Of a stretch of DNA of 64,000 nucleotides, positions 11,262 to 21,780 are shown in pieces; position 1 is the stretch's first letter; each line of letters opens with the position of its first letter. Source of the stretch: Podarcis filfolensis (taxonomy: Eukaryota). A program made the position numbers and the translations under genes. A model generated the notes under the pieces. It was not told where the DNA came from. It worked only from the letters and a program-made list of their open reading frames with translations, and did not search any database. The stretch lies in NCBI GenBank assembly GCA_964270895.1, contig OZ185442.1. One strand, given 5' to 3'.

Positions 11262-11930
11262 TCCTAGGCCAAAGGTGGGAAACCTGAGCCCAGGATCACA
11301 CCACTCATCGGCCCTGTTTTTTACCCTGCATCAGTGTTTTTGCCTTGCTGCAATATGTCTGAAGGTTGGCAACATCAACTTTGCCATGCGTGAATCGCTT
11401 GCAGATGACCACAGTACCTGGAGACAGACAGACAGGCCGTGCATCCACAGCAATGACCAGAAGAGGAATGACCACTGGGAGGAGTACAGAGAGAAGAAAC
11501 CCCATGGTGAACCTCCAACAGCACAATGGGTTGCCTTAATCTGCCCCAGCTGCGACAAAACATGTCTTTCTTGTGTTGGTCTCTACAGCCACAGCAGGTG
11601 TAACCTAACAACAGTTTGACTTCACCCCCAAAGGCACACTCCTGCATTGCCTCCCAAGACAGACCCACGCCAACAAAATGTCTTTGAACTCTGATAATGC
11701 CTCCTGCTTGCCCAGATGGAGGATAGAGAGGAGGTATACCAATGTGTATAGAAGCTACTCTACTATACATATTTAAAATTTACATCAATCATTCCACTTA
11801 CCCTAAACATGTGCCCACTGCAAGATTGTTTAGAAGAAAATGCCCCCCTCAGGCTGATAAAGGTTCCCCCACCCACCGCAGACCAATAGCTCATGTAGGC
11901 CTCCATATGGAGGTACCAGTGGTTGGCATG
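11262..11930 (+). mobile_element. hAT family A copy interrupted by an RTE LINE
   Basis: Begins GGTGGGAAACCTG, has CAGTGTTTTTGCC before the insert and GAACTCTGATAATGCCTC...AAAATTTACAT after it. Right boundary approximate. Confidence 0.65.
11361..11674 (+). mobile_element. RTE-clade LINE, 5'-truncated 3' end
   Basis: Translation KVGNINFAMRESLADDHSTWRQ...ICPSCDKTCLSCVGLYSHSRC is the C-terminal C-x2-C...GL.SH motif of RTE-type ORF2. Flanked by AATATGTCT (11352-11360) and AAAATGTCT (11675-11683). Confidence 0.8.
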
Positions 11931-12158
11931 TGAGAGACAAGGGAGGAGGATGCTGTCAGCTTTCAAATGTGGACTTGGGAGTAGAGGTGTTGAAGAATTC
12001 CATAGGAAATGGAAATTGCCAAAGTTTGCTTGTTCATTCCATGTTTGGAATGGAAATCAATCCAGCAAATACTATTGGTATTCACTGTTGTTGTTTTAAG
12101 TCCACAAATGACATGTTATCGATTATGTTCCCCTTTATCTGCTATCAACAGTTTAAAC

Positions 12159-12294
12159 CAGGCATCCCCAAACTTGGCCCTCCAGATGTTTGGGGACTAC
12201 AATTCCCCTCATCCCTGACCACTGATATTGTTAGCTGAAGATGAAGGGAGTTGTAGTCCCAAAACATCTGGAGGGCTGAGTTTGGGGATGCCTG
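12159..12294. mobile_element. Palindromic hAT-Charlie-like MITE (family B), intact
   Basis: TIRs CAGGCATCCCCAAACT / AGTTTGGGGATGCCTG; 8-bp flanks GTTTAAAC and GTTTAAAA (7/8 match). Confidence 0.92.
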
Positions 12295-14670
12295 GTTTAA
12301 AAGGTTGCTCAGCAGCTGTAGACTGTATGTGAAGTATCAGGGTTGGTGCTGCATAGAACGGTGCATTAGTGTTCATGTGCATGGATTTTTAACACTGATG
12401 TGCACTACATGCAAGGTGGAGCCATTTCCCCCTTTGGTCTTAAACTTGCAAGAGACCCTAAGGAGGGAGAAGAACTCTGAAACAAGACAACACTAGCAAA
12501 TTCACATTAACAAAATTGTACTAAAACATCGGTGACAGGAAAAAAAGTAGTGACAATGATTTACTTGGGGCAGGGACCATAAAATATAACCTGGAAAATA
12601 GATACCATTGCAAAAGCCTCTGGCTATCTGTAGCAGCTGTTGATTCTGACTGATAGGTGCTACAGTCCATCAGGAGTTCCATTCCAGCTCTGGCATCACC
12701 CTTCACCCTTTGCTTCTGTGGGGATGCTTGCAGGATGAGAGGAAAATAGGAGGTTGTTATTCTCTAGTGCTGTAAGACGTTAGCTGCTACAGCCAGCCAA
12801 AGGCTTCTGACCATGTACCATGCCAGAGATTCAGTTCATTGTAATGCTCTTCAGCAAACTGACGAGGAGATCGTCAAATAGGCAAAAAATAAGGAAAGGA
12901 AAGGAGATTCTTTGCTTTGTACATTTGCTATTCCTGTCAGCACCTACTTCTTTGAATTATACCAGAGCTATTTCAAGCAAATATCCTACGGCCTAATTCC
13001 TGGGAAATCTGGTTTAGATTTGTTTATATATTTATTTATTCCAAAGGCTTCTATTGGTCACTTAAGCTGTCACTCACAGCCAGCTGATTTGTGAGTAGAC
13101 TGGACTGGGAAGAAGGACTTTTGCACTTTCCATCTAGGCAATGCTTGTCTGTTCACAACACGAGAGATGGGGAGGGGAGGCAGGAGGGTGATTAGCGATG
13201 GTGCCTTTCTTGCATGCTTCAGGAAATGCCAAGACTTGCAGAAAAATGTGACTGGTCCAAAACCTTCCCGTTTCATGTGTTGGTACAGCACTCTTAAGAA
13301 AAAGTGATGCGGCCTCTGTGATCCTGTTATATTGGGATTGGTGCAGCAAGCAGGACTCTGTTGCAATTGAGGTGTTAGCGACTTCTCTGAAGCAGATGGG
13401 GTGGAAAAGGTGACAGCTTCCTTCTCAGAAGCTGAGCCAGAGGCAGCTTCTGGTAGCTCTGGAGGCAGGCTTGGCCTAACAAGCAGGGTGTCTTGAGTCA
13501 GAAGCAGTCCCTGGCAACTCTGGAGGCAGAGGCATGCCTGGGTGACTGATGGAGAGGCAGGATGGGATGAAGAGAAGCTCCCCCACTAGGAACTTCCCCA
13601 GGATCCTTCCCCCAAGTGGTTCCTTGGGCCCCTGGGGCTCTGGCATGGTCTTTCTGATCCCGCTGGCCCCCTTCCCAGAATCATATTGCATCAGGCCAGC
13701 CCGTAGGGACCCATGACAGCTGGGGCTGATGGGAGGTGTAGTCTAAAACATCTAGTAGGCACCAGGTTGAGGAAAGCTGTAATACAGAGCAGATGGTGTG
13801 AGCTGCTGCAGCAGCACTATCCCCCCTACAGCAATCTGTTCGTGATGGAGAGGGCATGACATTGTGCTCCTCATTAAAGTGGTGTTGACTTAGGAGGTGC
13901 CCCTTTGCCCTAACTTGTTTCCACCTGAGGCGTAGCTGTTTGCAGGGTTTAGAAATCTTTAAAGGAGTCTTGTTATTTTACATGCAGATGCTGAAGGAGG
14001 TAAAGGGCTTGCCAAGATAAATAAACCTTTCCCTCGCCAAAATTGTTCAAAGGGAGAGGGTAGATTTGAAGAGGGTTGTGCCAAAAGGATTACTTCTCGA
14101 CAACGTTTTTTTTGTTTTTTGTTTTGCAAAGCACACCGGCTTGTCGTGTTAATGCCTGCAAAATGCAAATTTGGAGCGTGTACCCCTGGCATCCACCAGC
14201 GGACAGGGCAGCAGGGTGGGTGGGTTATACATTCTTGGGCTGAAGAGCAACAGTGTCAGGAATTTTATATGCGCCTGAGGAATCTGTCAAATATCTTGAA
14301 CGTTCATCGTACCAAACTCTTCTCATTGGGCATTCTCCAAGCACTGAGAAAGCTCCAGTTACTTTTGTGGTCCTCTACTGGGAGATCAAGATGTTTTTGA
14401 GAGCTTATAAAAATAATGCATACTGCATGGGTGGTCTTTAGGGTGAGATTCTGCCTTCTCTTCTTGATGGTGGCAGAAGAAGAAAGACAGAGGTTCTCAA
14501 GCAGAAGTCTTTCATGATCTAGTGCAGGTGTTGGCAATGCAATTTGGGACTGTAGACACACTTGGAAGTTTTAGAAAGTGTCATGGGCACTAGTTAAAAA
14601 ATGGCTGCCATGGGGGCATGGCATATCACAAAATGGCAACCAAATCAGTCAAGGCCACACTCACTGACTG

Positions 14671-15134
14671 TGGCCATATCCGCACCATACTTTTAAAGCA
14701 CTATCATACCACTTTAACAGTCATCCCTTCACCTAAAGAATCCTAGGAACAGCATGTTTGTTCAGGGTGCTGAGAATTGTTAGGAGACTCCATTTCCTTT
14801 CACAGAGCTGCATTGTTCAGAGGGGTTTAACAGTCAGCCTCTCTTCCCAGGGAATTATGGGAACTGCAGTTCTGTGAAGAGAATAAGGTAAGCTTACCTA
14901 ATGTCCCCGTTTCCCGGGGACAGTCTCCGGATTTACAAATCATTCCCCTGACAAAATCCTATCATTCTTACGGAAGTTGAAAATTGTCCCCAGATTCATT
15001 GGAAAAAAATCTGGTAACCTTAGAATAAGGGTCTCCTAACAATTCTCAGCACCCTTAGCAAACTAAAATTCCAAGAATTCTTAACTGTTTAAAGTGGTAT
15101 GATATTCCTTTAAATGCATAGTGTATGTAAGCCA
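14671..15134. mobile_element. Palindromic MITE (PIF/Harbinger-like ends), host of a nested hAT MITE
   Basis: Imperfect TIRs GGCCATATCCGCACCATAC / GCATAGTGTATGTAAGCC. Internal inverted arms GGGTGCTGAGAATTGTTAGGAGAC / GTCTCCTAACAATTCTCAGCACCC. Superfamily is inferred. Confidence 0.75.
14889..15022. mobile_element. hAT MITE, 134 bp
   Basis: TIRs TAAGCTTACC / GGTAACCTTA; perfect 8-bp TSD GAATAAGG at 14881-14888 and 15023-15030. Confidence 0.9.
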
Positions 15135-15569
15135 GAGAGAAATTCTTTTCACCGATCAATGGTTCAAAATTGAAGGGAAGGTGGGTTTCCCATTCTGGCA
15201 CCCAGATATATGTGAGCATGTCTGAAGGGGCATGCTCAATGTACAAGAAGCAGAGCCAGTGCAAACAGAAACTGTTCTTTTGTACTGTGGATTTCTGAGG
15301 GATATTTACCAAGACTTTCTGCAAGCACCCATAGGAGATACTGGCCAACACAGTGGCTCCTGTGGATGTGATGTTTGTGGCCTCTGATCTAATGGTTCAA
15401 GCTGGAGGACAGGAAGCAGGATTGGGAATTTGTTATAGAAGCAAAAATGGTAGCCTAGATTAGCGCTCTGGACCTTCAAGCCAAGAGCTGTAAAACTCCA
15501 CAATGACATGTGCTGTGTGTTCCTCCTTGCATACGTATGTTCACAAACTCAGCAAGAAGATAATGAAAG

Positions 15570-15830
15570 CTGTGCTGGATCTGAGCGAAGGTCCAGCTAG
15601 CCTAGCATCCTGTTTCCTATTCAACAGGAGGCAACCAAAAGGTTTCTGGGAATCCCATAAGCAGAGGCTCGAAGACACAGCAGCCTTCTCTCTCTCGTGG
15701 TCATAAGCAATTGGTGCTGAGCAGCTTGTGGCCATTAAATACAGCAGTTCCAATTGCCGCTCATGGCAAGAAGACAGTTGGCATGGATCCCTGATAAATT
15801 TATCTATTATTACTATTTTCACATTCATAG
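15570..15830 (-). mobile_element. Decayed CR1-type 3' end or CR1-tailed SINE
   Basis: GCTGGATCTGAGCGAAGGTCCAGCTAGCCTAGCATCCTGTT; homologous to 30475-30555 and 50130-50440. Confidence 0.55.
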
Positions 15831-15861
15831 ACCACTCTTCAACATATCAAGGTGATCCCAG

Positions 15862-16085
15862 GGTAGTTTTCCTGGGTGACACAGATTATTTAGATCCATT
15901 CCGATCTGGGTTCAGGCCTGGCCTTGGAAGAACTGAGTGGCTCTTGGTTACCCTTTGCAGGGAGCAGGGCAAGAGGAGTGCAACTTTGCTCTTGCTTATG
16001 GATCTCTCGTTGGCTTTTGATACCATCGACCATGTTATCCTCCTGGACTGGCTCTGGGGAATGGGAATTGGGGGCACTGGTTCCA
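15862..16085 (+). mobile_element. L2 LINE reverse-transcriptase fragment
   Basis: Translation DTDYLDPFRSGFRPG.....LLLLMDLSLAFDTIDH.ILL matches the L2 RT motifs QSGFRP and LDLS.AFDT.DH. Confidence 0.9.
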
Positions 16086-16326
16086 ATCCTGCCTTTGGAT
16101 CTAAGTCCATAGAAGTAGCATTGGGAGAATGCTTTTCCTAATTTTCTAATACATCAAGACAGCCTAACAGAGGTCCAGAACTCTGGAACCCTCTCCCCAG
16201 CAGAGATATGGAGATAAAGAACCACAGTGACCAAGAAAGAAAACTGCACATGGTTATTAAACAAAAGCCATCAGGGCAGGGGGAGCCCCAGGTCTAAGTC
16301 AAAGCAAGTCACCAAGCAGCCACCAC

Positions 16327-16820
16327 TAGAGATAGGGGCAGGGGAGGGATTCAGTTCAGGTGGCATTTTTTTTGTAAACCACTGTGAGATTATGAGGATG
16401 AGGATGAGGATGATTTGTTACAATCAAGCTGTGTATACATTTAATGAAATGTAAAAAAATTCTGAACTTACCTAATTTGCTGTTTCCAAAAGCATACACA
16501 AAGTGAAATGCAATTATCCTTCAAAATTTGCACTTCTCCAAATTTTGCAGTGCAGTTCTACAGCCAAGTAATTAATGTATCCAAAATGCATGTAGTGTGC
16601 ATATATTAGTGCAAATACAGTAGTATACAAAAATGCATTATACTAGGGGAAATCATTTTGCAAATGTTTGTATATTAGGAAAAAATACATACAAAAATGT
16701 GTACATTGGGAGTAATTTACACTAAAATGCTGATGATTTTTTTAAAAAAATAATATCATGAATTGATATAGAAATGTGGAGAACTGGAAAGTGAAAAACG
16801 AAAAGTGACATATTCACCTA
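16327..16820 (+). mobile_element. AT-rich interspersed repeat, copy 3 (both ends approximately present)
   Basis: Starts TAGAGATAGGGG...GATTCAGTTCA, ends ACATATTCACCTA. No clear TSD. Confidence 0.65.
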
Positions 16821-18327
16821 GCAGTGTCTACAACAACATCAAAAATGGCAGTCTGCATTGCCCCCCCCTCCCAAAATGTAATCCAATTTACCCTTTGCAG
16901 GGAAAATCCAATGACTGTTGCCAATGACTCCTTGGCGACATCTCAACAACACGTTTGCAGATTAAGCCCCTGTCTTGGAAGCACCCCCAGTCTCTCCCTC
17001 CCCTCCAAAAGCACAACCACACACAAAACCTTTAGTCCTTTCCTTGTCAAACAACCCCGCTGCAACATTTCTTGGAAAACGGAGGTTGTGAGCCACCGGC
17101 TACATATCAGCTGCTCACTGGCAACAGTGTCTGGGCTCCTTAAATCCCTGTTAATCCCACTGCTTCTTCTTTTAAGTGCTCTCCCAAAGCCCACCCATTA
17201 ATCTTCTTGCCACGGGCAATGCTTGGCACGCAGCGGTTGAGGATGCTTTGCTTCATGCTTTTAGTGTTGCTCCAGAGTGGGAAACAGACCAGGAAGCTGG
17301 GCTCGCCTCCATTCCTCCGTGCATACCTGTCAACAGCTAAAAAACGTGAAAGGAAGTGGTGCCACATGCTGAGCTTGGGTGCAGCACTCGCTCGCAGGAT
17401 TTGGCCCACCCAGGCATGGATAAGCAGAAAGCGGATCAGATTCAGTCTGTGCCAAGTGGTGGAGTCAAGTCAGATGTGGGGTCATGGCAGGCCAGAGGTT
17501 GAAGCCAGGGACCCCGGCTGGGCACAGCAACTTACTAGATGGGCTTGGCAATCCTCACAGGCCAAGAGGGATTCTAAAGCCAGAGAGCCTGTTCCAGGAA
17601 CCAGGACTTGCCAGCTCTCCCACTCTGAAGAGGAGACGCCCAGCCTTAGGACGTAACCTTCCTTCCATTCCCATAAGAAGACAGCTCTTTCTATGTGGGT
17701 AAATGATCCTGTGTATGAGAGGAAGTCCAGTTTAATCCACTTCACTTACTTCCAGGTAAACATGCGCAGGATTGGGCCGCATTTTGCAAAAGGAAGGTGG
17801 TCCAGCATAGTGGCCAAGTGTGTGTACAGTAAGCCAGCAAGTCCCAGTTCAAACCTCCCTTCCCTTCAGTTACTGAATGCACTGGTTGGATTTTAAGCAA
17901 ACCACAAATCTCTTCAAGTCTTGCCTATAAATATGAAGCTATTGTGAGGATTATTGAGATGGTGGTTATGAATCTATTCGAACCCTCGGGGAAAGCATTC
18001 TATAGGTGTTAAGTATTGTAATTATAGCAGTGTTAACTCTTGAGCCATGGTGTTGAAATGTGCTTTCAAAACTCTGTGTTTGCAAAGGATAAGGACTACT
18101 TTGAGATGTGATACATGTGATCTGCAAAGTTTATAATGGAATTAGCTGAACGCAATTCAGAAAACACAATTCTGTTGCATGTTATGGGTTTTATTGGATT
18201 TCGGTGCATCAAGATATTGCTGTGGGTTTGCCTTAAAGCAGTACCTGGGCAGAGTCTTGGATTTGATGGAGGAATGTTAATAGTTCAGAATACTTAGAAG
18301 AATGCTTCTTGAGAAAAGCCAACCACA

Positions 18328-18790
18328 ATCTACATACTCACCATACATTTGAAGCACATTCAAAGCACATGATTTCTCCCAAAGAATCTTGGAAACTGTA
18401 GTTTGCCCCACACAAAGCTCATACCCCACAAGTGTCTCAGAAATATCAGGACATCCAATTGATTATCGTGAGAGAACAGCAGACATTTTGGTTGCTGTGA
18501 TCTCTCGCAATTTCACTGCATGATTCTCCCCTGAGAAAAACGCTTTTTGGTGAGCAGTGATCTTGTGTGGTGCCCCAAAATGTGTGTTTTGGGCTTTGCC
18601 CCCCCAAACTGCTTTTTTTGGGGGGGAACCATGGTGCAAAATCATGAGATCACAGCAACCAAAACAGGTGCCATGCTCTCATGATAAAAAATGGGAAGAT
18701 GGTGTCTGGGAAGATGGTGTCCCATATATTGGCTTCAATGTGTTGGAGGGTATGAGAGCTACAATTCCCACCACCCTTAACTTATTCACA
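18328..18790. mobile_element. Harbinger-like MITE remnant containing a palindromic insert (18463-18687)
   Basis: CACCATACATTTGAAGCACA...CCCAAAGAATC is as in 14671. Insert arms TTATCGTGAGAG...TTTTGGTTGCTGTGATCTC / GAGATCACAGCAACCAAAA...CTCTCATGATAA. Confidence 0.65.
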
Positions 18791-18990
18791 CTAACTCAGT
18801 TGGAGATCAGCCAAGGCTGGTGTAAGACCTCCAAAAGTGGCATGGTAGGCTTGGTCACGTGACTCATTAACCTGTCTTACAACCCTATTTTAAAGGTTGT
18901 TTCCCCAGCCCCTCCCTGACTTAGTCAGAATGGGATTTTGATTTCTGCTGCTGAATGGGATTTTGATCTTGTGCAATTTTATACCTGCTT

Positions 18991-19336
18991 ACGGGTGGTG
19001 CTGTGGGTTAAACCACAGAGCCTAGTACTTGCCGATCAGAAGGTCATCGGTTCGAATCCCCGCGATGGGGTGAGCTCCCGTTGCTCAGTCCCTGCTCTTG
19101 CCAACCTAGCAGTTTGAAAGCACGCCAGTGCAAGTAGATAAATAAGTACCGCTCCAGTGGGAAGGTAAACGGCGTTTCCATGAGCTGCTCTGGTTCGCCA
19201 GAAGCAGCTTAGTCATGCTGGCCACATGAACTGGAAGCTGTACGCCGGCTCCCTTGGCCAATAAAGCGAGATGAGCGCCGCAACCCCAGAGTCGGCCACG
19301 ATTGGACCTAATGGTCAGGGGTCCCTTTACCTTTAC
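18991..19336 (+). mobile_element. Sauria-type SINE, near full length
   Basis: tRNA-like head with B box GGTTCGAATCC; body GCAAGTAGATAAATA.GTACC..GGGAAGGTAAACGGCGTTTCC; tail GGGGTCCCTTTACCTTTAC. Confidence 0.95.
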
Positions 19337-19649
19337 TTAACTTACACCGGCTTGCTTTACACCAGCTTCTTACTCATAGGATTGCTCCCTAGGTCTGTGT
19401 GTGAAAAATAAGGGAAATCTTTCTCATAAAGATTGAGAGAGAGACAGGGAGGAGAGCTGAGTATGGGGTTCTGTAAGCATCTGGGGAGGGCAGCTGTCTC
19501 TGTCTGAAGTTCTGATGTGGGGCAGTAGATTTGATTGTCAATCACAGTTTTTAAAATGTATACGTCCAACACATATTACAGAATGGCAATAAACTTCCAG
19601 TGACCTCATTTCCTATAGTAAACCAAACCTGGGTAAATGCAACAGCTAT

Positions 19650-19810
19650 NNNNNNNNNNNNNNNNNNNNNNNNNNNNNNNNNNNNNNNNNNNNNNNNNNN
19701 NNNNNNNNNNNNNNNNNNNNNNNNNNNNNNNNNNNNNNNNNNNNNNNNNNNNNNNNNNNNNNNNNNNNNNNNNNNNNNNNNNNNNNNNNNNNNNNNNNNN
19801 NNNNNNNNNN
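19650..19810. other. Assembly gap (161 N)
   Basis: Run of N. Confidence 1.
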
Positions 19811-20209
19811 GGCTGTAATAGATGGGGAGGAGGGATTCATGAAATTTGGGTGCTCTGGCTAGCATGAGTAGAAGCATTTTATTCTCTGTTTATTTAGCAA
19901 GATTTATGTAGTGCTTAATCAAGAGAAAATATCTAACGGGTTTACATAAAATTGCATAAAATATTCATTAAGAATAACCATAAAAACAGACTTTAAAAAC
20001 AGACATAAAAATAAACAGATTTTAAAAAACAAATGTGCATGATAAAAATATGTGGATTGTATCCAAGGCTAGTCCTGCTCCACATAGACCCATTGAAAGC
20101 AATGGATATGACTAACTTACACTGAGTAACTTCAGTGGGTCTACTTTGAGTAGAATTTAGATACTACAGGCCTACGTCTGGGGAGGCTTCTGTAAACAAA
20201 AAGAGCTTT

Positions 20210-20340
20210 AGCAGGCACCATTGCCAACCTGTTTCCCTCCAGATGTTTTGGACGACAGCTTCCATCAGTGCCAGTCAGCCTTTGTTCATGGGAGCTGAAG
20301 TCCAAAACATCTGGAGGGCAAAAGGCTGGCAAAGGCTGTG
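20210..20340. mobile_element. Family B palindromic MITE
   Basis: CCCTCCAGATGTTTTGGAC...GTCCAAAACATCTGGAGGG arms. Confidence 0.75.
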
Positions 20341-20594
20341 CTGTTGAGTACAACCAAATGCCTTTCCTTACAAAGTGTCCCCCTAGAGCTAAAATGATTC
20401 CCTTGTATAAAAATGTTTTGTTTCCCATCATTTTGGTAAACTGAAGTTAATTGCACATTGTGCAGCTCGCTTGTTTTACACTATATGTTGAAGTACAACA
20501 CAATTACAAAAATATAAACCAGCGCCTGTTTTACTCAGAACATATTGCAACGTTCACAAATATTCCCCAGACATATAAATGATAACATTCTCAA

Positions 20595-20815
20595 ATAGAG
20601 AACCTGTCACCTTCCAGATATTGCTGGGCTACAAGTCAGCTGCATAGCTCAGTTGGTTAGAGCATGGTGCAGATAACACCAAGGTTGCTGGTTTGATCCC
20701 CTCCAGACATTGCTAGACTACAACTCTCACCATTCCTGACCCCTGGCAATGTTTGTTGGGGGCTGATGGGAGCTGGAGTCCAATAACATCTGAAGGGCAA
20801 CAAGTTCCCCATTTC
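20595..20815. mobile_element. Family B palindromic MITE interrupted by a tRNA-Ile copy
   Basis: GAGAACCTGTCACCTTCCAGAT...ACATCTGAAGGGCAACAAGTTCCCCA. Confidence 0.7.
20635..20701 (+). pseudogene. tRNA-Ile-derived retrocopy (tailless) or SINE head
   Basis: TAGCTCAGTTGGTTAGAGCATGGTGCAGATAACACCAAGGTTGCTGGTTTGATCCCC aligns with vertebrate tRNA-Ile (TAGCTCAGTTGGTTAGAGCGTGGTGCTAATAACGCCAAGGTCGCGGGTTCGATCCCC, from memory). Most differences are CpG transitions. The 3' acceptor strand is absent. Confidence 0.8.
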
Positions 20816-20959
20816 TGGTCTAAAACTTCTGTAGCTTTGACATTTAGGGGGAAATGAGAAAGGCGAGATGGTAGGGAGTTACAAAACTATAAGCTGTGTG
20901 TAAAGTTGTAAAATGTAAAATTTGTCTTTCTCATAGTATTAGAACTCTGTGCTACAGAG

Positions 20960-21125
20960 TGAGGTAGATTAGGAGCAGGATCTCAAGAGGAAAAAGGAAG
21001 TATATATTCAAACACATTTTTAACTTATAGAACTCACTGCCACCAGATGTGGTAAATGCTGCTTGCTTCGATGGCTTCAAAAAGAGCTTAGGTTCTTCAT
21101 GAATGGTGTCTTTTAGTTCTAGGCA
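20960..21125 (+). mobile_element. CR1 LINE 3' fragment, decayed
   Basis: AACTCACTGCCACCAGATGTGGTAAATGC...GATGGCTTCAAAAAGAGCTTAG..TTCATGAA: the CR1 ORF2 end (WN.LP..VV.A.....FK..LD). Confidence 0.7.
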
Positions 21126-21439
21126 GTCATTTGCTGTTCTGCTGCAACGTTCATGTGGACTTGCAACTTCTGCAGGTATACAACTGTTTGCATAGGTACA
21201 TCCGGCTATATTTCATCCACACTAGTGGATGTGACACAGCTAGACCTGTGGGTAAGTGGCAAGTTTCACTCCCTAAATGCTCCGTCACCTGCTTGTAAGA
21301 CCAGCGGTTTTGGAGATGAATTCCAACAGCATCCCTACTCAAGCAACGTGGGTAGGTAGAGGTGCAGGTAGGTAGGTGCAGTGGTTGTATTCACCAGCCC
21401 CATCACCAACTTCCCTGCCTCATATGTTTCTAAAATATC

Positions 21440-21780
21440 ATCTCACCTCTTCTATACCCAGTCACTCACTCTGCTCTGCAGATGAGGACCTCCTGCAGAT
21501 AGCATCTTATCAAGAGCTCCTTTCTGCAGTGTAGGAATTGGGCCTTTGGTGTGGTGGCACCATCTTTGGAATTCCCTTGCATTAAATATTAGACTGTTGT
21601 CCTTTCAGCAACCATTGAAGGCCTTTCTTTTGAACAAGCCTTTTAAGCAGTGATCTTTCCCAGTCTACATCTGTAATTTTTTTAGATGCTTTGATTGTTC
21701 TATCACTGTTTGCTGTCCCGGAGCTCCTTTGGGAGGAAGGGCAACATGTAAGTTCAAAAATAAATGGATTAATAAAATAT
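21440..21780 (+). mobile_element. L2 LINE 3' end, decayed
   Basis: GGCCTTTGGTGTGGTGGCACCATCTTTGGAATTCCCT (RAF.VVAP.LWNSL) followed by an L2-type 3' UTR and an AT-rich tail. Confidence 0.7.

Noticed and set aside
13250-13700. Possible LTR/DIRS fragment (also 17460-17660)
   Set aside because: GC-rich and repeat-like, but I could not identify TG...CA ends, a PBS, a PPT, TSDs or a second copy.
19551-19877. Four ORFs containing X runs
   Set aside because: Artefacts of translating through the N gap.
20635-20701. Functional tRNA-Ile gene
   Set aside because: The 3' acceptor strand is missing, the T-loop TTCG has decayed to TTTG, stems are mismatched and there is no oligo-T terminator.
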